Assembly: GCA_951406725.2 (NCBI GenBank) | Contig: OX597843.1 | Span: 20,460,001 to 20,524,000, forward strand | Source of the DNA: Octopus vulgaris | Lineage: Eukaryota | Direction of reading: 5' to 3' | DNA: 64,000 nt | Shown: piece by piece, positions 24,699-36,870 of the stretch | Position numbering within the stretch: position 1 is the first letter of the stretch | Layout: every line of letters begins with the position of its first letter | Made by a program: the position numbers and the translations under genes | The notes under the pieces: model-generated | Database searches by the model: none | The model's input: only the letters and a program-made list of their open reading frames with translations | Told to the model about the DNA's origin: nothing

Positions 24699-25545
24699 CG
24701 CGGTTGTATCAAAATTTCACGGACAAACTCCATAGCGCGCCAACGCTTGGATGCACACAATTGTAAGCACGCTGATAGCGAGCAGTGACCTTCATGAAGT
24801 AGTATGCTGAGTAACATCGATGTGTATACTTCACACGATGTGGAATTTGTATTTTTGTGATGACGTGTATGAACAGGACGGGTATGGATGAAAGAGCCAA
24901 CATGAAATTTTACGTAAAAATTGGGAAGTCTGCTATAGAGAGATGGAGCATGCATCGGCAAGCTTATAGCGATGAGACAATGGGTCGTACATAATATTTC
25001 AAGTTCACAGGTGCACGAGAGAATGACAGCTTAATCAAGAGAATTTTCAATATTTTTTCTATATCGTCAGTATTGTGCATTGAGAATTCGACCCCAAGTC
25101 CAAAAGAGGGATTAATTTAGACATTTTAAAGCTTTTCAAGGATGACATTCGAGAAAACTGACTGGATGTGTGGTGCGCAAATTATTGGATTTTTCACGAC
25201 GACAATGCACTCTGTCACCACACTCGCGGGTTTCTTGCCAAAAGCAACATGATATCGCTTCCGTGCATGTCCTTTTAGCCAGATTCAATACCTGGTCACT
25301 TCCATCTCTTCCCCAAGATGAAAATACAGTTCATAGATCGAGATAAATAGGAAATTTAACACCGTTGTTTAGATCAAGATGTCCTCAAGAGGCCGGATAC
25401 CAAAAGTGTCAAGAAAGCTGGATCGGGTGTATTCAAAAATCTTGCCGGTGTATACCTGCACAAGGTGACTTTACCGAATGAGATGAAGTGAATATAAGTT
25501 AGTTTTATTAAACATAACTCATCCAGGAACATTACGATGCCACTT
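24699..25545 (+). mobile_element. mariner element relic
   Basis: MDERANMKFYVKIGKSA (HTH start), WIFHDDNALCH, FHLFPKMK; degenerate terminal inverted repeats. Confidence 0.75.
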
Positions 25546-25703
25546 TGTATTTATACGATGGGTTTCCTTTAGTTACCTTGAACAAATATACACGAGTTTG
25601 TTGTGCTGTAAGCCAGAGTACACGCAGTGGGACTGAATACAGTAGAAAATATTATATCACATTTATGCCAACACCTAATCGCATGTACATATATATATAT
25701 ATA

Positions 25704-26578
25704 TACAGGTTGCAACACGAAATTGTCACCATTACCTTTTTAATTTCTCGCATGCGCCTTCTTTGTTTTTTACTTTTGTCTACCTCTCAGTATAGTATGA
25801 TCAGTTGGGTACCGTCTGTGAAAAAAACAGCACCATGGCGTAAGTCACTCTGCCATAACTTTTTGAAATGACATGCTGTACTGCTTGGCATTCGCGCCGA
25901 AAGATCTAATATGAACATTTCAGAGTGTTTGGGTGTCAGTCTGAGGAATGTTCAATCCAGGGACATGTACTCCGACTGATAAAAATCAAACATCCAGTCA
26001 ACATCATGGTGTTTGGAGTGATCACTAGTGATGGTGACATTATGCTTTCATTCACGGTTTCAGACTCAATACGGAGGCCTACATTAAGTCCCTGGAGAAG
26101 GTAGTGCTTCCCTGGAGCAAAGGGATAGCTGATGGAAGATCCTATCTCTGGCAGCAAGACTCTGTGCAATGCCATACAACCAGGAGAACTCAGCCATGGC
26201 TGTCAGACAAATTCTGCGACCACATCACACCTAAAATCACGCCATCTAACTCCCCAGGCTGGAACCCCCTTGATTATTATGCGTGGGACGCAGTTGACTG
26301 AGAGGTCAACAAAACCCCTTGTAACATCAAAGATAAACTGAATACAAGGATTTTGGCAGTATTCACCAAATTAAACAAGTTGACCGTCCAAAAGAGTTTC
26401 AAGAGATTCCGAAGCTGACCGGAAGACGTGGTTGAAGCCAATAGCGATTTTATTGAAGACATTTACTTTCAAGATGCTTTTTCTGTTATTTTGGTAAATA
26501 TACCTGTTAAAATGGGATGTCAGTTTTATTTTCATTTTTGCATAATTTAGATGACACTATATTTACCGTACCCTGTAC
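25704..26578 (+). mobile_element. Tc1/mariner-superfamily (maT-like) internally deleted element
   Basis: KHPVNIMVFGVITSDG, YLWQQDSVQCH, PSNSPGWNPLDYYAW; ends tacaggttgc.. and ..taccctgta. Confidence 0.8.
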
Positions 26579-26581
26579 AAA

Positions 26582-26615
<34 letters not shown>

Positions 26616-26679
26616 ATGTGCGTGTGTGTGTGTGTGTGTTGTGTGTGTGTGTGTTTTGTGTGAGGATGCTCTTGAGTGC

Positions 26680-29202
26680 TACTGGTAAATCTTCCTATAG
26701 ATGATACACAAGATAGCAATCCCTCCACACTATCTATCAAAAACCGCCTTATCCATATATGGAATGAAAACCGTAAAGCCAGAAACTTTTCTTTCTGGAA
26801 TACGATTAAAAACAACCACAAGACAGAAATCTACGAACGCTGGCTAAACTCTACACCAATAATTTTGCCTCGTAAATTCCAAATTCAACGTATTCCAAAG
26901 AAGCCGACAACGGAAGTGCGGTAGTAGTGATGAATACAGAATACTACAAATATTTAACACTTTCCATGTTGGAAAGTAATACTTACTATGAGAAATTAAT
27001 ACATAACCACCCACAGAAAACACTGAAAAACTTGCCCTCCTTACTCCAAATTCATGGAAAGGGTCTCACTAACATTGAAATAGACTTTTTACCCAATTTT
27101 AAATAGGGTCCTAGTCTATTCTACGGATTACCCCCCCCCCCAAAAAAAAATCCACACGTTTGTGAAGCCTGCAAAGTCTCTACAAGCCTAAGCATTAATG
27201 TCCCTTCCTCTACTGACCTCAAAATGAGACCCATCATAGCGGGGCCTTCTTGTGAAACCCACCGTTTCAGCAATTTCCTCGACATCTAACACAAAACGTT
27301 TTTTTAAAGATATGTGAAAAGCTTTATCAGGGATGACCTAGACATGCCGAACCACCTCCCGAATACATTAAAGGAAGGAACCATGCTGGTGTCTTTCGAT
27401 GTGGTGAATCTGTACACCAATATCCCACATGAGTATGGTATAGAAGCAATCACATCCTGGCTAGAAAAATACCCAGAAGAGATCCCAGGATACATAAACC
27501 ACAGATTGATAATCGAAGCACTCAAATTCGTCCTGCTGAAAAACTATTTCATGTTCGATACAACTTACTATCGAAAACAATGTGGAATTGCAATGGGAAC
27601 CTGAGCTGCTCCAGTGATTGCAAACCTTGTAATGGGTTACCTAGAACTGAAGTTATACCAATCATCACTAGAAAATTATGGCGCCTCTTTTAATTGCTAT
27701 TTAAAGGAGAATTGGAAGAGGTATTCGGATGATTGCTTCATACTTAGGAAAGACAGCATGGACAAACTCCTTGATTTGAACGTAATGCTTAACAACATAC
27801 ATAGCAATATACAATTCACTATGGAACACAACAGTAAACAACTCCCTTTTCTAGACATGATAATTAAAATAGTTAACCATAGCATAGAAACAGATATCTT
27901 TTATAAATCCACAGATTCTAAACAATACCTATTGTTTGACACCCCAAACACATAAAAATTAATACACCTTTTAATCTGGCGAAAAGAATATGTACCATAG
28001 TTTCGGATACATATATTCGTGAACAAAGACTCCTTGAACATAGATCAACACTAACTAAAAGACATTACCCAATCTCATTAATAAATGATGGCATTAGAAG
28101 AGATCAGGAAATAGATATACAAATATTAAGGCAAGCCAGCCGAAATTCTAAACCAGACTTAAAAATACTCCCGTACATTTCCACACATAACCCTAGAAAC
28201 ATCGAAGCCTTCAATATTATCACCCAAAATCTTCTCATCCTCACAGGAGACAAAACAACGAACGAAATTTTAAGCTCATACAAAATTTATAAAAAGCAAA
28301 CTACAACCCAAGTCACTGAAAAAGTATTAACCAGCGTAAGACTATATCCACAAACAACAGAGCCAAAAGTGAAAAAATGTGGTCGTCTCAACTGTGGAAC
28401 ATACCGCAACGTTTTGGATGGTTCATAATTCCTCTTCAAGCAGGGTGAAATATTTAAGATCAAATCACATTTCACCGGACACTCTGAAAATCTAATCTAC
28501 ACCATGACTTGCTTAGGATGTGGTAAGCACTATATTGGACAAACAGGAATATCCCTCCGTCGAAGAACCACCATGCAAAAGGAAGAAATTCTCCACCCAC
28601 AATACAGACAGTGACAGCTTAGTGAACACATAGAAAGGTGTGCTAGGATTCCTAATCCTAATTTCCAAATTTTCCACTTCTATCAATGTTCACAGAACAC
28701 CTCAATGCAACAAAGGTTGAATAAAGAGACAATTTCCATCAATAAATATATTCCCCAACTGAATATAAACACACAACCTAATACAGAACACTACTATCCC
28801 TTCAATTAACACCATAAACACCAATACATTCCTTACAAAATTCAGATTCAAATTCTATATCAAACCTTACTGCACAAAATCCAGAACTACTTACCTCCCT
28901 TACAAATAATCTTTTTATTCAGGCACTATTAGACCTAACACCGTTCATTAGCCGGTGTTCATTCAAAGCAATGAATGGCTTATGACGAAAGCATGGTTTG
29001 CTTTCTGACTCTTTAATCATCTCATAATAATGACTTTTATGACTCTTATTACTACCTCAGTCCATCTAAACGTATATATATGTCGTTACCTTTCATAAAA
29101 AGCTTTTTCTTGCTTTATTTACAATGTGCATTTTCGTTGATTTTTCATATTTTCCCTTACATTTACACGTGTATTTCCTAATTTCTTCTTGTAACATACT
29201 TC

Positions 29203-29205
<3 letters not shown>
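26680..29205 (+). mobile_element. Penelope-like element, Neptune-type, decayed
   Basis: KEADNGSAVVVMN, RPIIAGPSCETHR, SFDVVNLYTNIPH, GIAMGT, WKRYSDDCF, CGRLNCGT, ENLIYTMTCLGCGKHYIGQT. Confidence 0.9.
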
Positions 29206-29233
<28 letters not shown>

Positions 29234-29242
29234 ACATATTTC

Positions 29243-29292
<50 letters not shown>

Positions 29293-29295
29293 TCC

Positions 29296-29329
<34 letters not shown>

Positions 29330-29655
29330 CACTCATACATACATATATACATACATATATACAAACACACATACATACAGAAATGCATACGCTATATATA
29401 CCCTACATAAATACGGGTGCATGTGGTCTTTATGTGTTTTTAGATCTACGAGCCTCTGAAACTTTTCGTCCTGTAGTAAAACGAATTTGATATCCGAAAT
29501 CCGATTCCCAAGGTAAACATCGTCCATAAAATATGATAAATATCATAATCCTCCACGTGAAATAACCCAACTTTGAGATCTCAACCTCCCACTCTATATC
29601 TTTCACTACCCATGTATCTTATATTTGCCATACTATTTGATGCTCTCTCTCACTC

Positions 29656-29696
<41 letters not shown>

Positions 29697-30509
29697 GTGA
29701 ATTAAAAATCAATCATTGCTTTCATTTTGTTTAAAATCTCTCCTACTGCTGTTTTATGATACAAGTGTTCAAACACAAACAGCTTAGCTTCCAAATCTTG
29801 TTTTCCAATGGGGTAAAAATGATAAAACTTTGAACCTCTGATGTGTTTTCTAAACTTTGTCTCCAATAAATAAAAAATTTCCAAATTTCCACATACTTTT
29901 CAAATTTCAAATTCTGTGACACAAAGCGAAAAGTTCGCTCTCTAATTGCTTATTTCTTTCCTTTTCTCATAGTAAACCTTCCCACACTTTATGAAAGTAT
30001 ACCGCTCACACTATCGTGTTCCCAATGTGTGTCGTGTTCCTAATATATATATAGGTGTGTCTGTGTGTGTGCCATTGTGTCTGCGTGTGTGGATGTAAGA
30101 ATGTGTTCGTATTTTTGTGCGTTATTGTGTGTATACGTATGTGCAGAAGAATTATACGCATAAACTTATATATATATATATACATGCATACGTATACCCA
30201 TGCATACCAGTATATATCATATATACACACTCACATACATACACTCACACATATATATATATATATAGAGAGAATATTATCTTCCAATTATTCAAGTCAT
30301 TAATCAGCAACCATCCTGGCAACCCTCCTAGAAAGTATTTTATTCGAATATATTTTCCACGGTATTTAAATTTTGAAAGTCTGTTACTTATTATATCGGT
30401 TTCTTTTGAGGAACTGTTAAGTTACGGGGATGGAATATCTCCAGAGACTAATACAACCACTATAATCAAAGCTCACACACACACATACACCCATGTATAT
30501 ATGTATATA

Positions 30510-30660
30510 CATAAGACATGCCTCTTTCAGTTTCTGACAACAAAATCTACTCACGACACGAGGATATGGAATTGGACACTTGGTGAAGGCAGCCCGTATT
30601 AACAATGACCCCTACACCATGTGGTTGGAAATCAAGCTTCTTATTACGCAGACACGCCAT
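30510..30660 (-). mobile_element. Old SINE 5' fragment of the family at 38255-38660
   Basis: Reverse complement resembles gtgagtggatttggtagacggaaactgaaagaag. Confidence 0.55.
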
Positions 30661-30707
30661 TGACTTTATACACACATACACTTATATAGATATACATATA
30701 TATTTAT

Positions 30708-30754
<47 letters not shown>

Positions 30755-30759
<5 letters not shown>

Positions 30760-30976
30760 TAAAGCAGCAGAAAATTCAACAAAACCTGTTACTCTGAGTT
30801 TCCCGTTGTCGTTCATCGGACAGTTTTTGCTAGACACTGTCTGATGAACGGCAACGGGAAACTCAGAGTAACAGGTTTTGTTGAATTTTCTGCTGCTTTA
30901 AATAAAGCATATTACTCTACCAATTGTATTTAAGAACTCTTTTTTCCACCTTGTTTCACATTAATGTGTTTACTCC

Positions 30977-30978
<2 letters not shown>
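30755..30978. mobile_element. ~225 bp fold-back mini-element in (TA)n with a near-perfect 150 bp hairpin
   Basis: Arms 30755-30824 and 30836-30905 differ at only 2 positions; a unique tail continues to 30978. Confidence 0.92.
30837..30874 (+). ncRNA. Minimal type I hammerhead ribozyme, intact core (mirror copy 30786-30823 on minus with CCGATGA)
   Basis: ctgt-CTGATGA-ACG-GCAA-CGG-GAAA-CTCAGAG-TA-acag; GNRA-capped stem II, near-palindromic stem III, GUA site at 30868-30870. Confidence 0.85.
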
Positions 30979-31065
<87 letters not shown>

Positions 31066-31079
31066 ATATGTATGTATTG

Positions 31080-31418
31080 TACGCTCAAGTGGTCACACCT
31101 GTTTTATCCTGTTTTAAACACCTACATATTGGACTCACTACTGCCTGAACTTTCTGCACCTCTCCGATTCTACACCTCTCCGATTGCCACTGGATATAAT
31201 TATGGATCTCACGGGACACATCTGTTAATGAAAAGTCCCTCCAATACACTACAACTTTTAATCCTTTTTCAACTTCTGTGATTTCCTCATTTTCTTTACT
31301 TTTGAAGATCGTAGGGCCGAAACATAAAGCTCTTTCTCACTTTTCGGAGTGTCAAACTAATACACACCTTGTTCATATATCTGTGTTCGTCTTTTGTTTT
31401 TCTGCAAATTTCAACTAT
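31080..31418 (+). mobile_element. Solo PLE pLTR related to 4519-4705, decayed HHR ~31293-31329
   Basis: cttta-CTTTTGAA-GATCGTAGGGCC-GAAACAT-aaag and a shared tail (actaatacac..ttcgtcttttgttt). Confidence 0.6.
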
Positions 31419-31908
31419 GTATATATATATATATATGTCTATAGATAGATTATATATATATATAAATACAGTGTACATTTAAACACATAAGAGGTATCCG
31501 TTATCCGTTCATTGCACGCTAGAAGGAACAGCTAAAATCCAAACCGCTATTAGGGATAATCATCGAAGGGAATGAAAATTATAAAACATTTACCTCTGTC
31601 TCCTAGACAACGGATTGAGACATTTTTTTAGCAAATATACTTATTTGCTAGGCGAAGTCTTCACCAGCAGGTACGCCTATATTAAAACATATAAGCATGA
31701 GGCAATCCAACATTGCCTCTTATGTGATACCTCTTATGTGTTTAATTATGTTTAAATGTGTTTAAACACATACGACGAATACCTCTTATGAGTTTGAATG
31801 TACACTGCATTTATATGATTAATATATAGGCTATTGACAATATTTTTACATATTAGGCCACTGGTAGTACAGATTCTAAGCTTTTTTATTACCCTGTTAT
31901 TGTTAATT

Positions 31909-32025
<117 letters not shown>

Positions 32026-32026
32026 C

Positions 32027-33110
32027 ATGTTTCTTTACAAGCCACAAAGAGCTGCACACAGACGGGAAAGATTACAATGTAGAGCTTTTCTTTTTTTAGG
32101 AAATAAAAGGTGGGGTAGGTATTCGATAAAAAGAGATCGTAAAAGGGAAAGAAGAAGTTGAAAAAAGGAAAAGAAACAAAAGAAAAAAACGAGTAGGGAT
32201 CGTGTATCACAGTGTCATGATGTATGGTGTAAAGGGGGAAGCAGATAAGGTTTAACCGTGGGAAGAAAAGCCCACGGAAAGACCACGGTAACCTCGGTCA
32301 ATATTGTTACATGTTACCACATTTGTTTTCAAGTAACCCTCTGTTTTAAATTTCCGGTTTCATAGGATTATGCTCAAGCTGGCTTCGTCATTCATTCGTG
32401 CCATCCTTGCTACATTCACCCATCTTTTTTAAAACATTCGCTAGACAAAACTTGCCTCTCTGCTCTCACTTCCTTTTCAAGTGATACTTGAAAATGTTAA
32501 TGAGAGATTGACCAGAGAGGAAAGTGTTTGTCTCTAATCCTTTCAGACGCGTCCACCAGATACATTCTTTCGCCATATGATGAAAATAGCTCTTCCTTCC
32601 TGTTTGAAGGTCGGAGGCGTGACAATATTGACAATAGACTCGGCTGTTAAACCGACTCGTCCCACACGGGACAGCAGTTGTTCGACAAAAGCCCACAAGT
32701 CGGTAATGGTTGGACACTGCACGAAAGCGAGCAAAACGGTATCGTTGCTCTGACCCCATCTCGGGCTGGTCGTCCCCGTGTTCCTCGAGCCGTGTCTATA
32801 GAGCTTATCCTGAAGAGGTAGCGCTTCTCGGTAGCACTGCCAGGCCAAAGATCTCTGGATGTTGTCAATGGGCCCTGGCCCGAAAGTCGTCCTGAACATG
32901 CGGATCAGGTATTACTCGTCAAAGTCCAGGTTGGCCCCGAGCTCGTCGTCGTACCTCACCCCCACTAATCCCCTATAGAATGCTTGGGTTGTGTTGAAGT
33001 CCCTCATGTTCGATCCGGGACGGCGGAGTTGCTTGAGAGCAACGTGACACGCGAGGTGCCATTCGCCCTTCCTCGGCCTCTTTTTGATCCACGACTACAC
33101 CTGTTCACCG
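32027..33110 (-). mobile_element. Tx1/L1-like LINE 3' end (zf-RVT region and 3' UTR)
   Basis: QRSLAWQCYREALPLQDKL..SPRWGQSNDTVLLAFVQCP (decayed CPRC..ETVxHxFxxC), ECIWWTR; 3' end abuts the microsatellite. Confidence 0.78.
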
Positions 33111-33267
33111 TCGTCTACGTAGAGCCTGAGATATATCAGTCTCAGCGCTTGTCTGCGCATCATCGTCCATCGTCCATGGTGGAGAAAGTGTCAGCAGAGG
33201 TTCACCATTACCTTTGGCCGGAGCCACGTTGAGCTGAGGTGTTCAGCTCATAAACAAACATCTCATA

Positions 33268-33322
33268 ATCTGAGATTCGAAACCGCGATCCCTCGAGCGC
33301 GAGACTGCTGCTCTAACCACTA
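33268..33322 (-). mobile_element. SINE tRNA-like head
   Basis: Minus strand tagtggttagagcagc..gcggtttcgaatctc (A and B boxes). Confidence 0.6.
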
Positions 33323-33364
33323 GAACTTGTGCCTCTCTCTATATATATATATGCTCGTGTGCCT

Positions 33365-33432
<68 letters not shown>

Positions 33433-33849
33433 CTCGTGTTTTCCGTGTTGAAGTTAAACCCACCTCTGGCCTTGTAATGAAATCTTCTATATTCCCTCTA
33501 CCAACTGTTACCAATTAAGATGTTATATCTGATTCGGCAGGGATTTTATCCGCTTAACGCTTTCGACATATTCCTCCATACCGGACCGTCTGAAATCGCA
33601 GTGAAACGTTTGGGTGTACTTCGACACATTGAGAGTGATGTCTGTTTATTTCTTTCCACTTAATGTCTCTCTCGGTACAAAATTGATCAGCGTGTCCACT
33701 CTCAGCAAAATCCGAAGAAAAGTGGTAAGGTTATGTCATAAAATAGAATCCATTTGACCACTTACATGAAAATATTCCATTGCCATTTAAATCTCAATAC
33801 ATCTTATAAATAATCGACGTTTCATATGTCGAAGTGCTTAATTTTACTC

Positions 33850-34530
33850 ACTGTTCAATTTTCTTCAAAATCAGTTCATTATTTTATTGTGAATGATTTT
33901 GACGATTGCTGCCTTTCATCATTTTAATTTTAATTCTACTTCATGACTCCGGCCATAAATTTTACCTAAAAGTCAAAGTTTATCAAAATCGGATGAATTG
34001 TGTAAAAGTTACAGCATAATATACTAATCCTATGGGTAACTGCATACAAAAAGCCTATTGATATTTTAAAAGTCTCTCTCTCACACGCAGTTATCGATTT
34101 TTGTCAACTCTTCATCTGGTATCAACTAATGGACATGAACTGTAATCACGTGTAAAATTCCTACAAAATCGTTAAGAATGTCTGTAAAGAAATGCTTATG
34201 TACATTTGTACCCTTTTCAAGCTCTTTTGAATTAAATACATACATTTCCCATATCCCCCACCAATCATTTACCTACACTTCATATTTCATTAAAATCGGA
34301 TGAAAAATATGTAATTTACGGCCAAAAATAAAACCCCTATGGGTATTTGGACGCAAAACGTCTATTGATTCTATAAAACCACTGCTCCGGCCCAATTACC
34401 AATTTTTTTCTGAACGTCATATACTGAAATAAACTCACTGCCATGAGCCTTGCTCACTCATCGATTTTCATTAAAATTGGACAAAAAATGCAAAAGCTGC
34501 TGGGAAAATAACATCGTTATGGGAATATGC
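33850..34530. repeat. Degenerate tandem subrepeat array
   Basis: Motif aa(a/t)tttc(a)tYaaaatcggatgaa..ctatggg recurs at ~33860, 33980, 34155, 34285 and 34465. Confidence 0.6.
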
Positions 34531-34814
34531 GAGGTTAATGAACACAATTTTAAAATGTCGCCATTGTTTTCAAATTACGTTTCACATTTTGTTTGAAAAA
34601 ATGTGTGGATTACAATGGTGATCACCGATTTCCAAAATTTTTCATTCAAAACTTTTGTTAATGCGTCGTTCAAAAGCATTGCCCAAAATCGGTACCGATT
34701 GGGATTGGGGATTTGAAAAAAATGAAAACACATTCAAACAATTTTTAAAGAGCTTCCTGCCATCATTTCAAACGTTGAGGTGAAAAAAAAATTTGAAAAT
34801 CATCATCAGAACGA

Positions 34815-34851
34815 GTGCAGGAGTGGCTCTGTGGTAAGTAGCTTGCTTACC
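34815..34851 (+). mobile_element. 5' head of the SINE whose body resumes at 38255
   Basis: gtgcaggagtggctctgtggtaagtagcttgcttacc (A-box region). Confidence 0.7.
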
Positions 34852-34999
34852 TCATTGAGAACGTGCGAAGCTGTAAAGACGTGTTTTTGAAGCCGTCTTA
34901 AATTGAATATTTTTGAAACTCAGCTGTAAGGTAAGACATCTTTGGGGGTCTAGTGGGGGCCTGTTGTCTGCCACAATTATTGTTTACAAACAAGACGTC

Positions 35000-36870
35000 C
35001 TCACTGGATTCTAGTCTACCTGTAGCTGAGTGAATATTTTTTCACTTAACTGTGAAAATTATTGTTTTTGTGGGCGTATCCTACCGCAAAATTTTGTTTG
35101 AGAATCGTGTTTGTCCAGGAATAACTCTGCGAATTTTTAGAAAAAATTTCAACAATATTGTTCCTGTAAGGATTACCTATGAGAAGAAAATTGGAATGAT
35201 TTGCGTTAAAATTTTGACCTGGAGTACCGAGTGGCCTTTGCAGTGTTTTGAACTGCTGCTCTTTTCACCCCTCTTTTATTTAAAAAACGACTCTTTATTA
35301 ATTTTTTCTTTTTTGTTTGAACTTTTTTCTCTTCCTTCTTTTTCCTTAATTATTTTGTATTTTATGAGGTGTTTTTTGGACTTTTTTTAAAAAGAAACAT
35401 GGCAAAGAACAATGGAAATTTGGTGGAGTGGGAATTTATACCACCCAAAAGATGATTAAAAGAACTTGAAAGTAAGACGGTGGTTTTGAGGACCTACTCT
35501 AGGATCCTCGACGCCATTGCCAATTTCAAAAAATATAATCGAAAGAGAGATGGCAGAATTTCAGCCAGCTATTAAGTTTATCACTCGGAGGGTCAAATAT
35601 GCAACCGTGTGGTTGCTGTTTGACTCCCCAGAAATGGATTGGGAATTTGCGAGCCAGCTCCTGGAAGGCAAGGACATTTTGTTTCTTCCCGCTTATTGTG
35701 GGAAGAAGTTGACGAGGGCTTGGGTTTGCGGCTTTCCACCCGGTGCTGAGCCCGAGTGGATAGGAGATACTATCCGCCGGGGTCTTCGTGGCGCTAGCAC
35801 CAAGCTCTTCAATGTAAATATTCTGCCTGCAGCTGACTGGGAGATGTCAAATGCCGTTTTGACCCTCTAGATCCAGTCAGCCGAAAGTCTGGTATTTCCA
35901 GACTTTTTAAGAATAGGCGGGTCGAAGAATCCGGTGATGCTTGAAGGAGCCCCCCCCCCCCAAGTGTCATCGGTGCCTGGAGCCTGGCCATATAAAGAAA
36001 GAACTGTCCTCAACGGCAAAGCAAAGTCCTGGAGCGGTTGACGGAGACCTCTGTAGAAGAAGGAATGAAGGCGGCCGAGGAGACAGAGGATGCCTCAAAG
36101 AAGAGCCGCAAAAGGAAGAAGGTGAGTAATAATGGGTGCTCACCGAAGGATTCTGGGAATGAGGGAAGGGAAGCACATGTCCTGGTCACGGAGGGGATGT
36201 ACCCTCCCACAGTCAAAAGGAAAAAAGAGGAAGAGGAGAAACGGGATATTGCTGACAATCGGAGCCATGGAGCCTCATCGGTGGGTGGAGTGGGGGGTCG
36301 TGCCACTGGTGGGGGTTGGCTTAGACACAATTGGTAAGAAGTGTGCCGCCAACGGTAGAATTGATTACCTCGGACCCGGAGGAGGAAGAACTGCTGGTCT
36401 TCTGTTATAGAGGGGGAGTTGTGGAAAAGGTAATAGAAGAACACTACAAGGGTTTACCTTTGGCCTTCGCACGGTAACCCGAATGACCTCCGCAGATAGC
36501 TGTGGAGTTCATAACGTGGCGCATGTTACATAGTCTGGGGGGACTAAAAGAGGAATATCGCTCGTGGCCGGGTGACGCCAACTTTGAGCATACCTTGATT
36601 TTAAAGCAAGCATGGGCTATGGTGCAGTACACGTACACAAGCGATGATGAGGATTGACAAGTGGTTGAAAAGCCTCAGTGTTATAATGTGTAAGTAGCTC
36701 AGTGCCTCATTTGTAAATGGACTAGTGTTGATTGTATATTGAATATTTTATTGTATATTATTGTATATCATTGTATGTTATTACTTGTTATGGACTATTA
36801 AGTCCAATAATTGTAAAAACTGTAGTGAGAGGTTCAATACCTCGTTATTTTTCTGTTGGGAAAAAAAGAA
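35000..36870 (+). mobile_element. Gag/ORF1-like (CCHC) retroelement with no ORF2, decayed
   Basis: RRM-like stretch AIKFITRRVKYATVWLLFDSPE..FLPAYCGKKLTRAWV, knuckle KCHRCLEPGHIKKE, K/E-rich tail, T-rich 3' UTR, A-run near 36861. Confidence 0.65.
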
